IMG/VR virus record: IMGVR_UViG_3300024327_000003
Location: 10,682-74,681 of that record
Reading direction: 5' to 3' (one strand)
From: a virus
DNA length: 64,000 nt
Shown piece after piece: positions 39,004 to 47,456 of this stretch (position 1 is the first letter of the stretch; each line of letters starts with the position of its first letter). The position numbers and the translations under genes were made by a program. Under the pieces are notes generated by a model. The model was not told the DNA's origin. It searched no databases and was given only the letters and a program-made list of their open reading frames with translations.

Positions 39004-41163
39004 TTAATTGCCTCGTTTTTGAACCTCTTTACTAATAGATTTAACTGTACTATTTCTGAATTGCTGTTCAGGTAGGGGTGATTCTAATCCTTTATTAAAG
39101 TTCTCTAATCGTTCGATTATTTCACCTAAAGCCAGGCCTGCATCTACCATCACCATTCCATATCTATATAGATGTGTGGCTCTATTGCCTTTAGATGTAT
39201 GTGTCATAAACCAACGCTCGATGTTATTTACTCCAGTAGTTGAAATCGTTTCTTTAGTTTCATCAGAACGTTTAGTCTGTGGAATAAACATAGTGGCGTC
39301 AATAACGTTTCCTTCGTTATATTCATAATGCCCTTTATGTGCTGCCCACTTTCTGGAGATATCTTTGGTAGCTTCATCTACAGGAAATGGTAACCATTCG
39401 AATACATTTGTCATAAATTTAGCGTATTCTTGAGGGCCTAATTGAAGACGATGAGATATAGGCAGAATAAGCCTAAATCTATTTTGCTCTGCAGTATGTC
39501 GTTTGGTAGTAGAAATTAAGAAGGCATAATCTTCTAATAAGACTTTAACAATAGAGATGCTTACATCTCCATCGCAGTCTAAAATAATAAGATCAAAGCC
39601 CGGGATAGCATTCTCACTCTTACGATGGCCATTCACGAATCCGTGTGCAGTGTAATGGTACCCCGGGGCAGTGGTCAATTTATGAAGCTTCTTAAATGGA
39701 GGATGACTAGTCTCATAATCATAGGCAATATCTTTGCTAATTCCTGTCGTCATATGATTCAGATCTGTCTCCAGGAGAGTTTCTCCAGAAAAGAACTCGA
39801 TATTGTCCGATGTACGCCTTCTGATGATGATATTGTTCTTATACCCAAAGGACATAGCTAACGTCATTATGTCCTTCCTCTGGGCTTCTGAGCCCTTATA
39901 GAAGGGCAATTCTTCCAATAGCTCATGTTGGGTCACTTCGTTGTTACAATCGGCCAAATAGTGAGCTAAACGCTCATATGAGCCTTGTTTACGCATGAGG
40001 GTGTGGAAAGCTTCCCCGGAGTCCTCAACTACGCTAATAGCACAATCCAGATGGTTTTTAGTGACTTCTGTGGAATTGTCTGAAAATGCATACGCTCCAG
40101 CTAATTTAAGAGCTTTATAGTACCTGTGCATCATTTCAGCCTTATGGATACCCATATGCTCTCTGAAATTATCAGCCAGGGTTTCGCACCGTTCCTGATA
40201 CTCAATTAAATAAATAGAATTGACTTCAGACATTAGCAATACAGGATTAAATGGACGCTTAGCAAAATTAGCAAATGCTGTCTGAATAGCTTGCATTTCT
40301 GTAACTAAACTAACATCGACCATTTGCTTATATCTGTCTTTAGCAGAAGCATATTTAATGCGATGAGTTTCTGTCGTATACCCAAATAGCAATCTACGAG
40401 CATATCCAGTTTCAAGAAATTGCTTAAATTCTTCTTCAGTTCGGCCTCCATCTAATAGCTTGGTTGGGGTTCCGAACATCATAAGATTAGTGGGTGTATT
40501 ACCAGGAAGCTCTTCAGATCTAATATTTTCTACTGTATTCTTAATAAGCTTTTGCTTAATTAAGCCTACGTCGTAGAGCTCAAGAAATGCATTAAGAACG
40601 TCTACATTAGCAGACATATTAGAGCCAATCTCATCCAGCTCTAAATTCATAGAGCCGGCTGAGGCTAGCAAAAGTTTCTCCCGCATCTGTTTGACCGCTG
40701 GAGCGGTTCCACTATCAAAGCTGAATGCTAACTCTCCTAAACGATCGAAATGTTTTTGAAACTTATCTTCTTGAATAGATGCTTCTTCTAATACATTGGC
40801 ACATGTACTTTGACCGGCATTAAATAATCTATGAGCAGCTTCCATAGCTAAAGATTGAATATGCTCTTCGGCTTTTCGAGGGAATACAACATTTAGAAAT
40901 TCATGTTTAAAGTGAGCTACAAATTCTCTTTCGAGAATATTAGTAGAATGTCCTTTACCTGCTCCAGATGGCATTAAATTTAATACATAGGTATTTACTG
41001 GTATGACGTCCCTATCGTTAGTCTGAATATTACAGCGCATCATTGAAGCTACTTTAGATAAGTAATACCCTGCTAGAATACGAAAATAATGCCTATTATT
41101 GTTATTCGTTTTACGAGTAAGGACATCGACTATTCTTTCAGCAAATGGATGGTATTTTTTCAT
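39004..41163 (-). CDS. DNA primase (N4 gp43-like)
   Basis: SGAGKG, FDSGT.PAVKQMR.KLL, LDCDG, TTKRHT...NRFRLILP, GNR...LYRY. Confidence 0.9.
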   Translation of the reverse strand: MKKYHPFAERIVDVLTRKTNNNNRHYFRILAGYYLSKVASMMRCNIQTNDRDVIPVNTYVLNLMPSGAGKGHSTNILEREFVAHFKHEFLNVVFPRKAEEHIQSLAMEAAHRLFNAGQSTCANVLEEASIQEDKFQKHFDRLGELAFSFDSGTAPAVKQMREKLLLASAGSMNLELDEIGSNMSANVDVLNAFLELYDVGLIKQKLIKNTVENIRSEELPGNTPTNLMMFGTPTKLLDGGRTEEEFKQFLETGYARRLLFGYTTETHRIKYASAKDRYKQMVDVSLVTEMQAIQTAFANFAKRPFNPVLLMSEVNSIYLIEYQERCETLADNFREHMGIHKAEMMHRYYKALKLAGAYAFSDNSTEVTKNHLDCAISVVEDSGEAFHTLMRKQGSYERLAHYLADCNNEVTQHELLEELPFYKGSEAQRKDIMTLAMSFGYKNNIIIRRRTSDNIEFFSGETLLETDLNHMTTGISKDIAYDYETSHPPFKKLHKLTTAPGYHYTAHGFVNGHRKSENAIPGFDLIILDCDGDVSISIVKVLLEDYAFLISTTKRHTAEQNRFRLILPISHRLQLGPQEYAKFMTNVFEWLPFPVDEATKDISRKWAAHKGHYEYNEGNVIDATMFIPQTKRSDETKETISTTGVNNIERWFMTHTSKGNRATHLYRYGMVMVDAGLALGEIIERLENFNKGLESPLPEQQFRNSTVKSISKEVQKRGN

Positions 41164-41170
41164 GTTATTC

Positions 41171-41596
41171 CTATTCGTCGATAGTTTTAAGAACTAGTTG
41201 TATGTCTCCGTCTTTTGCAATGACATCAATAATAGCTTGTTTGCTAACTTCTCCAATTCCAGCCATCCATAATGAGGCAGAATGGTGCATAGTAAAACTG
41301 GGGTCAGGTCCTATATTAGGTTTCATTAATGTGCTTTCGCACATTTTTAAAAATTCACCAACTGTAATAGCTGCATTAGTTTGATTAAATGCCAAATCTT
41401 CTGGATGCCCTGCATAAATATGGGGCATACCTGGTGACCCTCCAGATGCAGTCATTACTAATAGTCCTTTACGCTCTCTCTTAAGAGCCTTAATCAAACT
41501 ACCTAATGTCATCTGATTATTGCCACGAGGTTTAGGCTTATATGAATGTAATTTTTTAAATAGTTCTTTTACATGTTTCTTTTTAGGTAGCCGCAT
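41171..41596 (-). CDS. conserved phage hypothetical protein
   Basis: MTLGSLIKAL...PH.Y.G..EDLAF pattern. Confidence 0.55.
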   Translation of the reverse strand: MRLPKKKHVKELFKKLHSYKPKPRGNNQMTLGSLIKALKRERKGLLVMTASGGSPGMPHIYAGHPEDLAFNQTNAAITVGEFLKMCESTLMKPNIGPDPSFTMHHSASLWMAGIGEVSKQAIIDVIAKDGDIQLVLKTIDE

Positions 41597-42272
41597 GTGT
41601 TTTCTCCCAGGCTTCTAGAGATACTGGAGCTACTGATTTAGCTAATAGCAACATAGCTTCAGCATAAACCCTGATTTCATATTGAGCATGACTGTGACAT
41701 CTCAATGTAAGAAATTTCATAAAATTAAGAAGGTTTACTGTAGCAAACATATGACTGTAAGTAGCCAGAGGAAGTACACATCTAGCTAATTCACGAGGAC
41801 ATCCATCTTTTAGCATTTGTTTATATAGATGAAATGCTTGGCTATTAGATTCCATCATATGTGCTCGAAATACAGCAGCTTTAGGATTTTGTTCATCTGT
41901 ACGCATTTGCTTATTGTCAGTAGATTGGGTAGTAATTTGCTCTGCTTGAGGAATATAAAATTCTTCAGGAAGTTCTTTATACCGTGCTGATAGCTCGTTA
42001 TAGCTCCATGTTCTATGTCTATGCCATTGCCTATAGACAAAGATAGGAGCCTTAACTTCAAATGTAAGAGTGACTGATTCGAATGGAGTAGAATGTTTAT
42101 TCTTCCAGAGATAATTAATTAATTTAGTATCTCCTCCAGTATCATTACCAGCTCTCCATGCTGCATCATATGAGACTCTGGCAGATCGAACTACAGAAAG
42201 ATCGTTTCCCATGAAATCCACTAAACGTACGAAGCCGTGATCAAGTAAATCAATTTTATCATTCTTTTCCAC
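41583..42272 (-). CDS. thyX: flavin-dependent thymidylate synthase
   Basis: H.TPFE, RQWHRHRTWSYNELSARY, ELAR.VLP, LR...HAQYEIR. Confidence 0.95.
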   Translation of the reverse strand: MEKNDKIDLLDHGFVRLVDFMGNDLSVVRSARVSYDAAWRAGNDTGGDTKLINYLWKNKHSTPFESVTLTFEVKAPIFVYRQWHRHRTWSYNELSARYKELPEEFYIPQAEQITTQSTDNKQMRTDEQNPKAAVFRAHMMESNSQAFHLYKQMLKDGCPRELARCVLPLATYSHMFATVNLLNFMKFLTLRCHSHAQYEIRVYAEAMLLLAKSVAPVSLEAWEKTHAAT

Positions 42273-42453
42273 TATACCAATCTCCTTGATAAGGTTTAAA
42301 ACACATTAAATATTCATACCAGCGCCTAGTTGGGTATGATCTAAAATAATAACAATTTTGTATCTCAAGAAATACATCATCAAAGTATTTAAATAAATTA
42401 TACGTTTCTTCTACATTAAAAAATTGTCTGCGGTTTAACCGCATGAAGGGCAA
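42259..42453 (-). CDS. hypothetical protein
   Basis: ORF track; overlaps neighbours. Confidence 0.4.
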   Translation of the reverse strand: MPFMRLNRRQFFNVEETYNLFKYFDDVFLEIQNCYYFRSYPTRRWYEYLMCFKPYQGDWYSGKE

Positions 42454-42653
42454 TCTCCTATCCTATTAGCTTCCATTTTTTCTAATAAATATGTTGTACG
42501 ATGTTGTGGGGGAATTGAATTTTCAATAGACCAGCTAGCTTGTCTTAGTATAGCTGCTGTATTAGCGTCGCTACTTCTTCTCATATAAACATCGGCGTCT
42601 AGACTAAGTCTTTCTGTAATTCCAAATAAGAATACAGCTGTTGCATAATTCAT
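42435..42653 (-). CDS. hypothetical protein
   Basis: ORF with AAGGAG RBS. Confidence 0.55.
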   Translation of the reverse strand: MNYATAVFLFGITERLSLDADVYMRRSSDANTAAILRQASWSIENSIPPQHRTTYLLEKMEANRIGDCPSCG

Positions 42654-42669
42654 ATTAACTCCTTAATTT

Positions 42670-42963
42670 ATCAGGCGGACAGTGAGCTCCGCAACTGGAT
42701 CTCTGTGCCTTTAATGGGCTGATAAGCCTAGGACTAGCTCTTACCCAACCTGGTAAAACTGATCTGCCAAAGTAACACACCATAAAGGATTCACAGCTAC
42801 TGCTCCGGCGAGGTTGAGCGACCGATAGCGCTCTCCTGGCAGACCTTTAAATTAAGCAAAACTGGTCTCGACCAAATACGATTTCCCTAGTAGGAGCGGG
42901 TATAAGATAAAGACCAGTCTCCGCGTACAGACTGGACGGTTACGATCCGCAACCCGGTCTGAT
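42670..42963 (-). ncRNA. candidate ~294-nt structured ncRNA downstream of tRNA-Thr
   Basis: GC-enriched and ORF-free; ends pair (ATCAG/CTGAT); many stems whose G-U pairs favour the - strand. Confidence 0.55.
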
Positions 42964-42972
42964 AAAATATGA

Positions 42973-43045
42973 AGCCCTTAGATGGGTTCAAACCACCGAC
43001 CTAAGCTTTACAAGAGCTTTGCTCTGCCAGCTGAGCTATAAGGGC
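42973..43045 (-). tRNA. tRNA-Thr(UGU)
   Basis: Acceptor GCCCTTA/TAAGGGC, D arm GCTC-AGCTGGCA-GAGC, anticodon arm AAGCT-CTTGTAA-AGCTT, T arm GGTGG-TTTGAAC-CCATC; no encoded CCA (reads TCA). Confidence 0.88.
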
Positions 43046-43051
43046 AATAAA

Positions 43052-44041
43052 CTATAGTACTAAACGTCCACTTGCCAGCATTTCTTCTGCTTGATCGCAG
43101 ACACCAACAACTGCACAATATTGACATGCTTTGACTTCGCCAGGAACAGTTTTAATGACACCGACATCGCCATCATTAGCTTTACGAGTTATAGCATCCT
43201 GTATATCATCAAAATTTTTGGTAGACCTAGACATCGAGTTAGGATTTTTATAGTACTTGTGCACCGTCTTAGAGGCCCATAATTCTTCATCTGTGCATTT
43301 TGGGAGCAAATCTTGAGTAGCATCAGCTAATTCTTGATATGCTTCGAGCCTATTCATGATCCAATGTTCGGTCTCTTCAGGTCCCCAAAGAGGATATTTT
43401 TTAGTTATACATCGTAGTTGAGGATACCCTTTCGGATCCTGTCTAGCGTTAGCAGCTGACCAATCTGTGAATATATAATTAATATTAATATACTCACTGG
43501 TAATTTTATCTTGATTAAGCCACTTATAAATACTGCCTTGTTTAATATGATTCTGGGCATTACTATCATAGATATAGCCCCAGACACTGCCAGTTTTATA
43601 ATCGTTAACTACACCATGCATAACTAAATCAAATTTACCTGTGACAACATAACCAATGATTTCTTTTTCTGTACGTTGCTCTACATAAATAGCAATTTCA
43701 TCTTCTTTAACTGGCTTATCAGGATTAATTCGAATACTCTCAATAGCTATATCAGATGCGCCCGCTAACTTAAGAGCTTTGGCAATATTATCCATATCTG
43801 TCCAAGCTTTTTCACAGCCATCATGAATAGATGAGCCCATACGAGATGCTACTAGATCAGAAATATCTACTGTTTTAAGCAGTTGCTTGTTTTGCTGACT
43901 AAGTACTATCTGACGCATTGGTTTCATGAGACTCGTAGCGCTGATAGCATTAGATCTCTCGTCATAACCATAGTCGTCATACATTAAGAAGACTGCTAGA
44001 GCTAATGGAATATTATGTTTATTTGTGTAAGTAAATGCCAT
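43052..44041 (-). CDS. PD-(D/E)XK Cas4-like nuclease (N4 gp42-like)
   Basis: ISATSL.KP.RQ, SR.G..IHD..E, TGKFD...DYK, Q.SIY.WLN, C..C...C cluster. Confidence 0.85.
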   Translation of the reverse strand: MAFTYTNKHNIPLALAVFLMYDDYGYDERSNAISATSLMKPMRQIVLSQQNKQLLKTVDISDLVASRMGSSIHDGCEKAWTDMDNIAKALKLAGASDIAIESIRINPDKPVKEDEIAIYVEQRTEKEIIGYVVTGKFDLVMHGVVNDYKTGSVWGYIYDSNAQNHIKQGSIYKWLNQDKITSEYININYIFTDWSAANARQDPKGYPQLRCITKKYPLWGPEETEHWIMNRLEAYQELADATQDLLPKCTDEELWASKTVHKYYKNPNSMSRSTKNFDDIQDAITRKANDGDVGVIKTVPGEVKACQYCAVVGVCDQAEEMLASGRLVL

Positions 44042-44055
44042 AGTAATTCCTTATA

Positions 44056-45354
44056 TTAACCACCGTTTATATATACGTTTTTACTAGCTCGAGTAAGAGC
44101 AACATAGAGTAATCTGGCTTTAACAGCTGGGATATGACATTTATTAATATTTGTTCTATCTATGAATACGGCAGGAAATGTTCCACCTTGAGCTTTGTGA
44201 GTAGTACCAGCAAATGGTGGGCGTAGATCAGCTAAAGATTGCTTTAGTTCATAGAAATGTACCCAGGCTGCTTTAGATTTAGTTTTAATAGCCCTATCTT
44301 TATGCACATTAAGAACCTTATCTACTGCTGCTTTATTTTTAGGAACAAATACTTTTTTCTTATCAGAACCATTAGCAGGATTAAAATCTCCGCGTACTGT
44401 TACAAAGTACCCGGGAATTTCAGCAAACTCTCCTTCTTCATACGAAATAACATGTACTGCTTCGTTATTTGTTAGAAGAGGACGTTCTCCCCGCATAACA
44501 ACACTATTAGTAATTAATCTTTCGCCTACATAGAAAGGTTTGATAGTGTCTTCAAGGAAATACGCTGCCTTACGAATCATATTATTATAATTAATAGCAG
44601 ATTCATTTGTGTAAGTACAGAGTGGCACATCTACTGGTGCTCCAGCAGAATAGTCTACATATTTATGAACGAATTTAGTAATAAATTCTGTATGAGGTAA
44701 TATGTGAATACCTTCGCCTTTAGCGTTAATACATGTTTCTATTACTGGCTCAACATTACGAATACCTTCTATAAATTCACGGAACTCATTAGCCTTCTCG
44801 AGGATAGGATTACCTCCTGCTTGTCGATGGACTTGAGTAAGTGTGAAAGTTTGCAACGAGCCGTCAAAGATACTGCAAGTATCTGTAGGCGGCGGCAGTT
44901 GAAAGGGATCTCCTACAAATAATATTTTTAGAGACCGTTTCTTAATGATATCTACAATAGCATGTAAGAATTTGTTCCCAATCATTGATGTCTCATCAAT
45001 AATAAGAACAGATCCATAAGGAATATTGCACATCCCAGTACTTTTAAGAGTTTCTTTTCCAAATTTATCAAGACTAGGGCGTAACTTAAATAATGAATGA
45101 GCTGTCGTTACAGGCTCTCCTGAAATATCTCGAAGTACCATCGCAGCTCTATGAGTAGTAGCAGACAATTCAACATTAGTTTTTTGGGTATGTTGACTAA
45201 TTCTATCAAGAATTTCCGTAACTACAGTAGTCTTACCAGTACCTGCTGACCCGGTAAGAACTGCTATGGCATGAGATTTATTAGAAGGATCAAGTAACGT
45301 ACGACAAATACCGTCTACTGCATCAACCTGATCCTGTGAGAATTGGAAAGACAT
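44056..45354 (-). CDS. Dda/RecD-like SF1B DNA helicase (N4 gp37-like)
   Basis: GSAGTGKT, IIDETSM, GDPFQLPP, HRQ, THKAQG.T, LYVALTRA; likely start MSFQF at 45354. Confidence 0.9.
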   Translation of the reverse strand: MSFQFSQDQVDAVDGICRTLLDPSNKSHAIAVLTGSAGTGKTTVVTEILDRISQHTQKTNVELSATTHRAAMVLRDISGEPVTTAHSLFKLRPSLDKFGKETLKSTGMCNIPYGSVLIIDETSMIGNKFLHAIVDIIKKRSLKILFVGDPFQLPPPTDTCSIFDGSLQTFTLTQVHRQAGGNPILEKANEFREFIEGIRNVEPVIETCINAKGEGIHILPHTEFITKFVHKYVDYSAGAPVDVPLCTYTNESAINYNNMIRKAAYFLEDTIKPFYVGERLITNSVVMRGERPLLTNNEAVHVISYEEGEFAEIPGYFVTVRGDFNPANGSDKKKVFVPKNKAAVDKVLNVHKDRAIKTKSKAAWVHFYELKQSLADLRPPFAGTTHKAQGGTFPAVFIDRTNINKCHIPAVKARLLYVALTRASKNVYINGG

Positions 45355-46030
45355 CTGTAATTTCCTTAAGAGTTGCATTGTTATGTAATGGGACTAATTT
45401 ATCCCAAGACTTACCGACTTCAAGTGAAGCTTTCATAGGAACATCTGTAGATCTAATTAGATCATTATCGTTCCATTCCATCTCCTCTATCAGTACATCA
45501 TTTAAAAATTTAATATACTGAGGTTCTGCTTTTACTAAGAAATATCCTGCATCATGAATCATGTTACAGGGAAGAATAGCAGTTCCATGCCCAGCTTCTT
45601 CAATACGTCTATTAGCAGCAATGATTGCTCGATTAAGCAACATGCCCCATGACTGAGTTACTGCGTTATTAGCGCTACGTCCTTCGCTTTCAGCTTCATA
45701 GGGAGTTTTAGAATTTCCCATTACGCACTGCGAAATAATCGGAGTTCTTAGCTTTAGTCCGAATGCACATTCTATATAGCCATGCTTCTCCATAAATTCT
45801 TTATTCTTCTTATTGAATTCCCCGGAGACCGCGTAGAGTTCATGAAATGATTTCTCTATCTGTTTAGCTTGTTCTTTAGGAAAGCCTGTTCGTTTATGCA
45901 ATGTAAACCAGGTACCGTCGTATTGAAGAGCAAACGTAGGAGGCTTAGATTTAGTTCTAAGCTCTGAATATTTAGTAGCGATAGAATTAATTGTTCCAGC
46001 TAAATATTCTTCTTTAGTTATAAGATTCAT
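45323..46030 (-). CDS. DNA polymerase family A, C-terminal fragment (motifs B and C)
   Basis: RTKSKPPTFALQY (motif B), RSANNAVTQS, MIHDAGY (motif C); own GAGGT RBS. Confidence 0.88.
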   Translation of the reverse strand: MNLITKEEYLAGTINSIATKYSELRTKSKPPTFALQYDGTWFTLHKRTGFPKEQAKQIEKSFHELYAVSGEFNKKNKEFMEKHGYIECAFGLKLRTPIISQCVMGNSKTPYEAESEGRSANNAVTQSWGMLLNRAIIAANRRIEEAGHGTAILPCNMIHDAGYFLVKAEPQYIKFLNDVLIEEMEWNDNDLIRSTDVPMKASLEVGKSWDKLVPLHNNATLKEITDVFPILTGSG

Positions 46031-46038
46031 AAATACCT

Positions 46039-46617
46039 CTATTTAGGATATGAAATACTATTTTGTTTATCGTGAGGTAGCCAATTACGATAGATATCTA
46101 TTGAATTGAATCCTTCTAGATCACGTTTATCTTCTAAAAGTTGACTAACTTTAAGAGTTGCAGGTAATCCATAAGGTTCAAAATATAATCTAGCTGGATA
46201 GATTTGAATAAAAGAATTTAAATTTGTGAAATAAGCATAATAATATTCATCAGATTTACTATGTTTAGTTACTTCTACTTCAGCTATTTCAGGTACATCA
46301 CACATTAATTGTGATAATTCAGATTCAGGAGAATTTGCTTTTATTTTTCCAAAACTTGAAAATGTAGAATTTAATGTTTGTATATCAACAGGATCAGTAA
46401 AAACTAATTCTGCATCGGCATACATAAATATATTGTCATATTCCCCTGGAAATATAGTATCTGCTGGGTTTACATAATCATATCCTTGTGCTTCTATTCT
46501 TGAAGCAATAATAGTAGTTGACTGTTCTTTAGCCCATTCAAGTAATTTACATCTAATTTCATAAGTTACTGCAGGTTCTGATATAAAATTATTCACAACA
46601 ATATTCTCCTTTATCAC
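46039..46617 (-). CDS. hypothetical AT-rich ORF inserted between polymerase fragments
   Basis: 192-aa ORF; no motif recognised. Confidence 0.5.
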   Translation of the reverse strand: MIKENIVVNNFISEPAVTYEIRCKLLEWAKEQSTTIIASRIEAQGYDYVNPADTIFPGEYDNIFMYADAELVFTDPVDIQTLNSTFSSFGKIKANSPESELSQLMCDVPEIAEVEVTKHSKSDEYYYAYFTNLNSFIQIYPARLYFEPYGLPATLKVSQLLEDKRDLEGFNSIDIYRNWLPHDKQNSISYPK

Positions 46618-46975
46618 TTATCCAGAATTTAGTAGCTGTTTTAGCTTTAGCTAGTGCAGAAGTAATATCTGGCATTTGATCAGCAAAATATTTGTAAGCC
46701 CTCATAGAATGGCCATCATATCCATCTGTATATACTTTAATCCTATTAGGATCTTGACTTAAAATAGCGCCAATACGCTCCTCAAGAGCTGAAAAATCAG
46801 CACCAGCAAAGAGCCAACCAGGATGGTATTCAAATGCTTCTTTAACTTGTTGTTGTAATTCAGACGGTAATGTATTAACTAGTGTTTCAAATTGTTCACA
46901 ATCTTTTATTTCATTTCTTTTAATTAAAGAATTAATCTCTAACAGAGTATTAGATGTGCTGGTGCTGTAATTCAT
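46589..46975 (-). CDS. DNA polymerase family A, middle fragment (motif A)
   Basis: PGWLFAGADFSALEERI (motif A), DPN.IKVYTDGYDGHS.RA..YF..QMPDI. Confidence 0.88.
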   Translation of the reverse strand: MNYSTSTSNTLLEINSLIKRNEIKDCEQFETLVNTLPSELQQQVKEAFEYHPGWLFAGADFSALEERIGAILSQDPNRIKVYTDGYDGHSMRAYKYFADQMPDITSALAKAKTATKFWISDKGEYCCE

Positions 46976-47453
46976 ATATTCTCAAATGCTCCTGCAAGTT
47001 ATTATCAATAAAATATTGTTTACGGGCTTGATGAGCTTCTAATGCATCATCAAATTTACCGATTTCAATTCGTTTATTTTTAATAGTTACTCTAGCAAAC
47101 CATTTTTCTTTTTTTTTATGCCAATTAACTCCTACATATCCTGAGGTATTTTTAACAGTCATACCTCGATTACCTGCTTGGCATTCTGCAGGTATCCAAG
47201 TGCAATTTTTAGGAGTATACCCAAACGTAAAATTTTTACGTTCAATAGTTAATTTGTCTGTGTATCCATTTAATAATGCCCAGGCCATAAATTCATTAGC
47301 GTTGTTTCTCCAATTGGGACATACAGTAATACCTTTAGCTCCGTATTTGGAATACCCTGAGTAATTTGGGTTATGGCATCTACCGTTTATAGATTCCCAT
47401 GTTCTAAATAACCTAGTGTCTTGTATTCTTGCGTACTGTCCCATAATAAGCAC
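46950..47453 (-). mobile_element. free-standing HNH-AP2 homing endonuclease
   Basis: W..I..RC.NP....Y..YG..GI.VC..W, LTIER....GY.P.NC.W, AP2 domain NTSGY.GV.W......W.A; probable start ATG 47444 after GAGGT. Confidence 0.85.
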
Positions 47454-47456
47454 CTC

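Noticed and set aside
42684-42698. N4-type vRNAP promoter hairpin (AGTTGC-GGA-GC on - strand)
   Set aside because: The stem is imperfect, and it would drive transcription opposite to the surrounding genes
42731-42921. Group I-like P7 pairing (GAGACUG with AAGAGCUAGUCC) in the 294-nt RNA
   Set aside because: Only ~45 nt precede the putative P7 5' strand, too little for P1-P6, and no interrupted gene is evident; may be coincidence
42670-42963. tmRNA, RNase P or SRP RNA
   Set aside because: No tRNA-like ends or tag ORF, no GAGGAAAGUCC, and no intact SRP helix-8 motif
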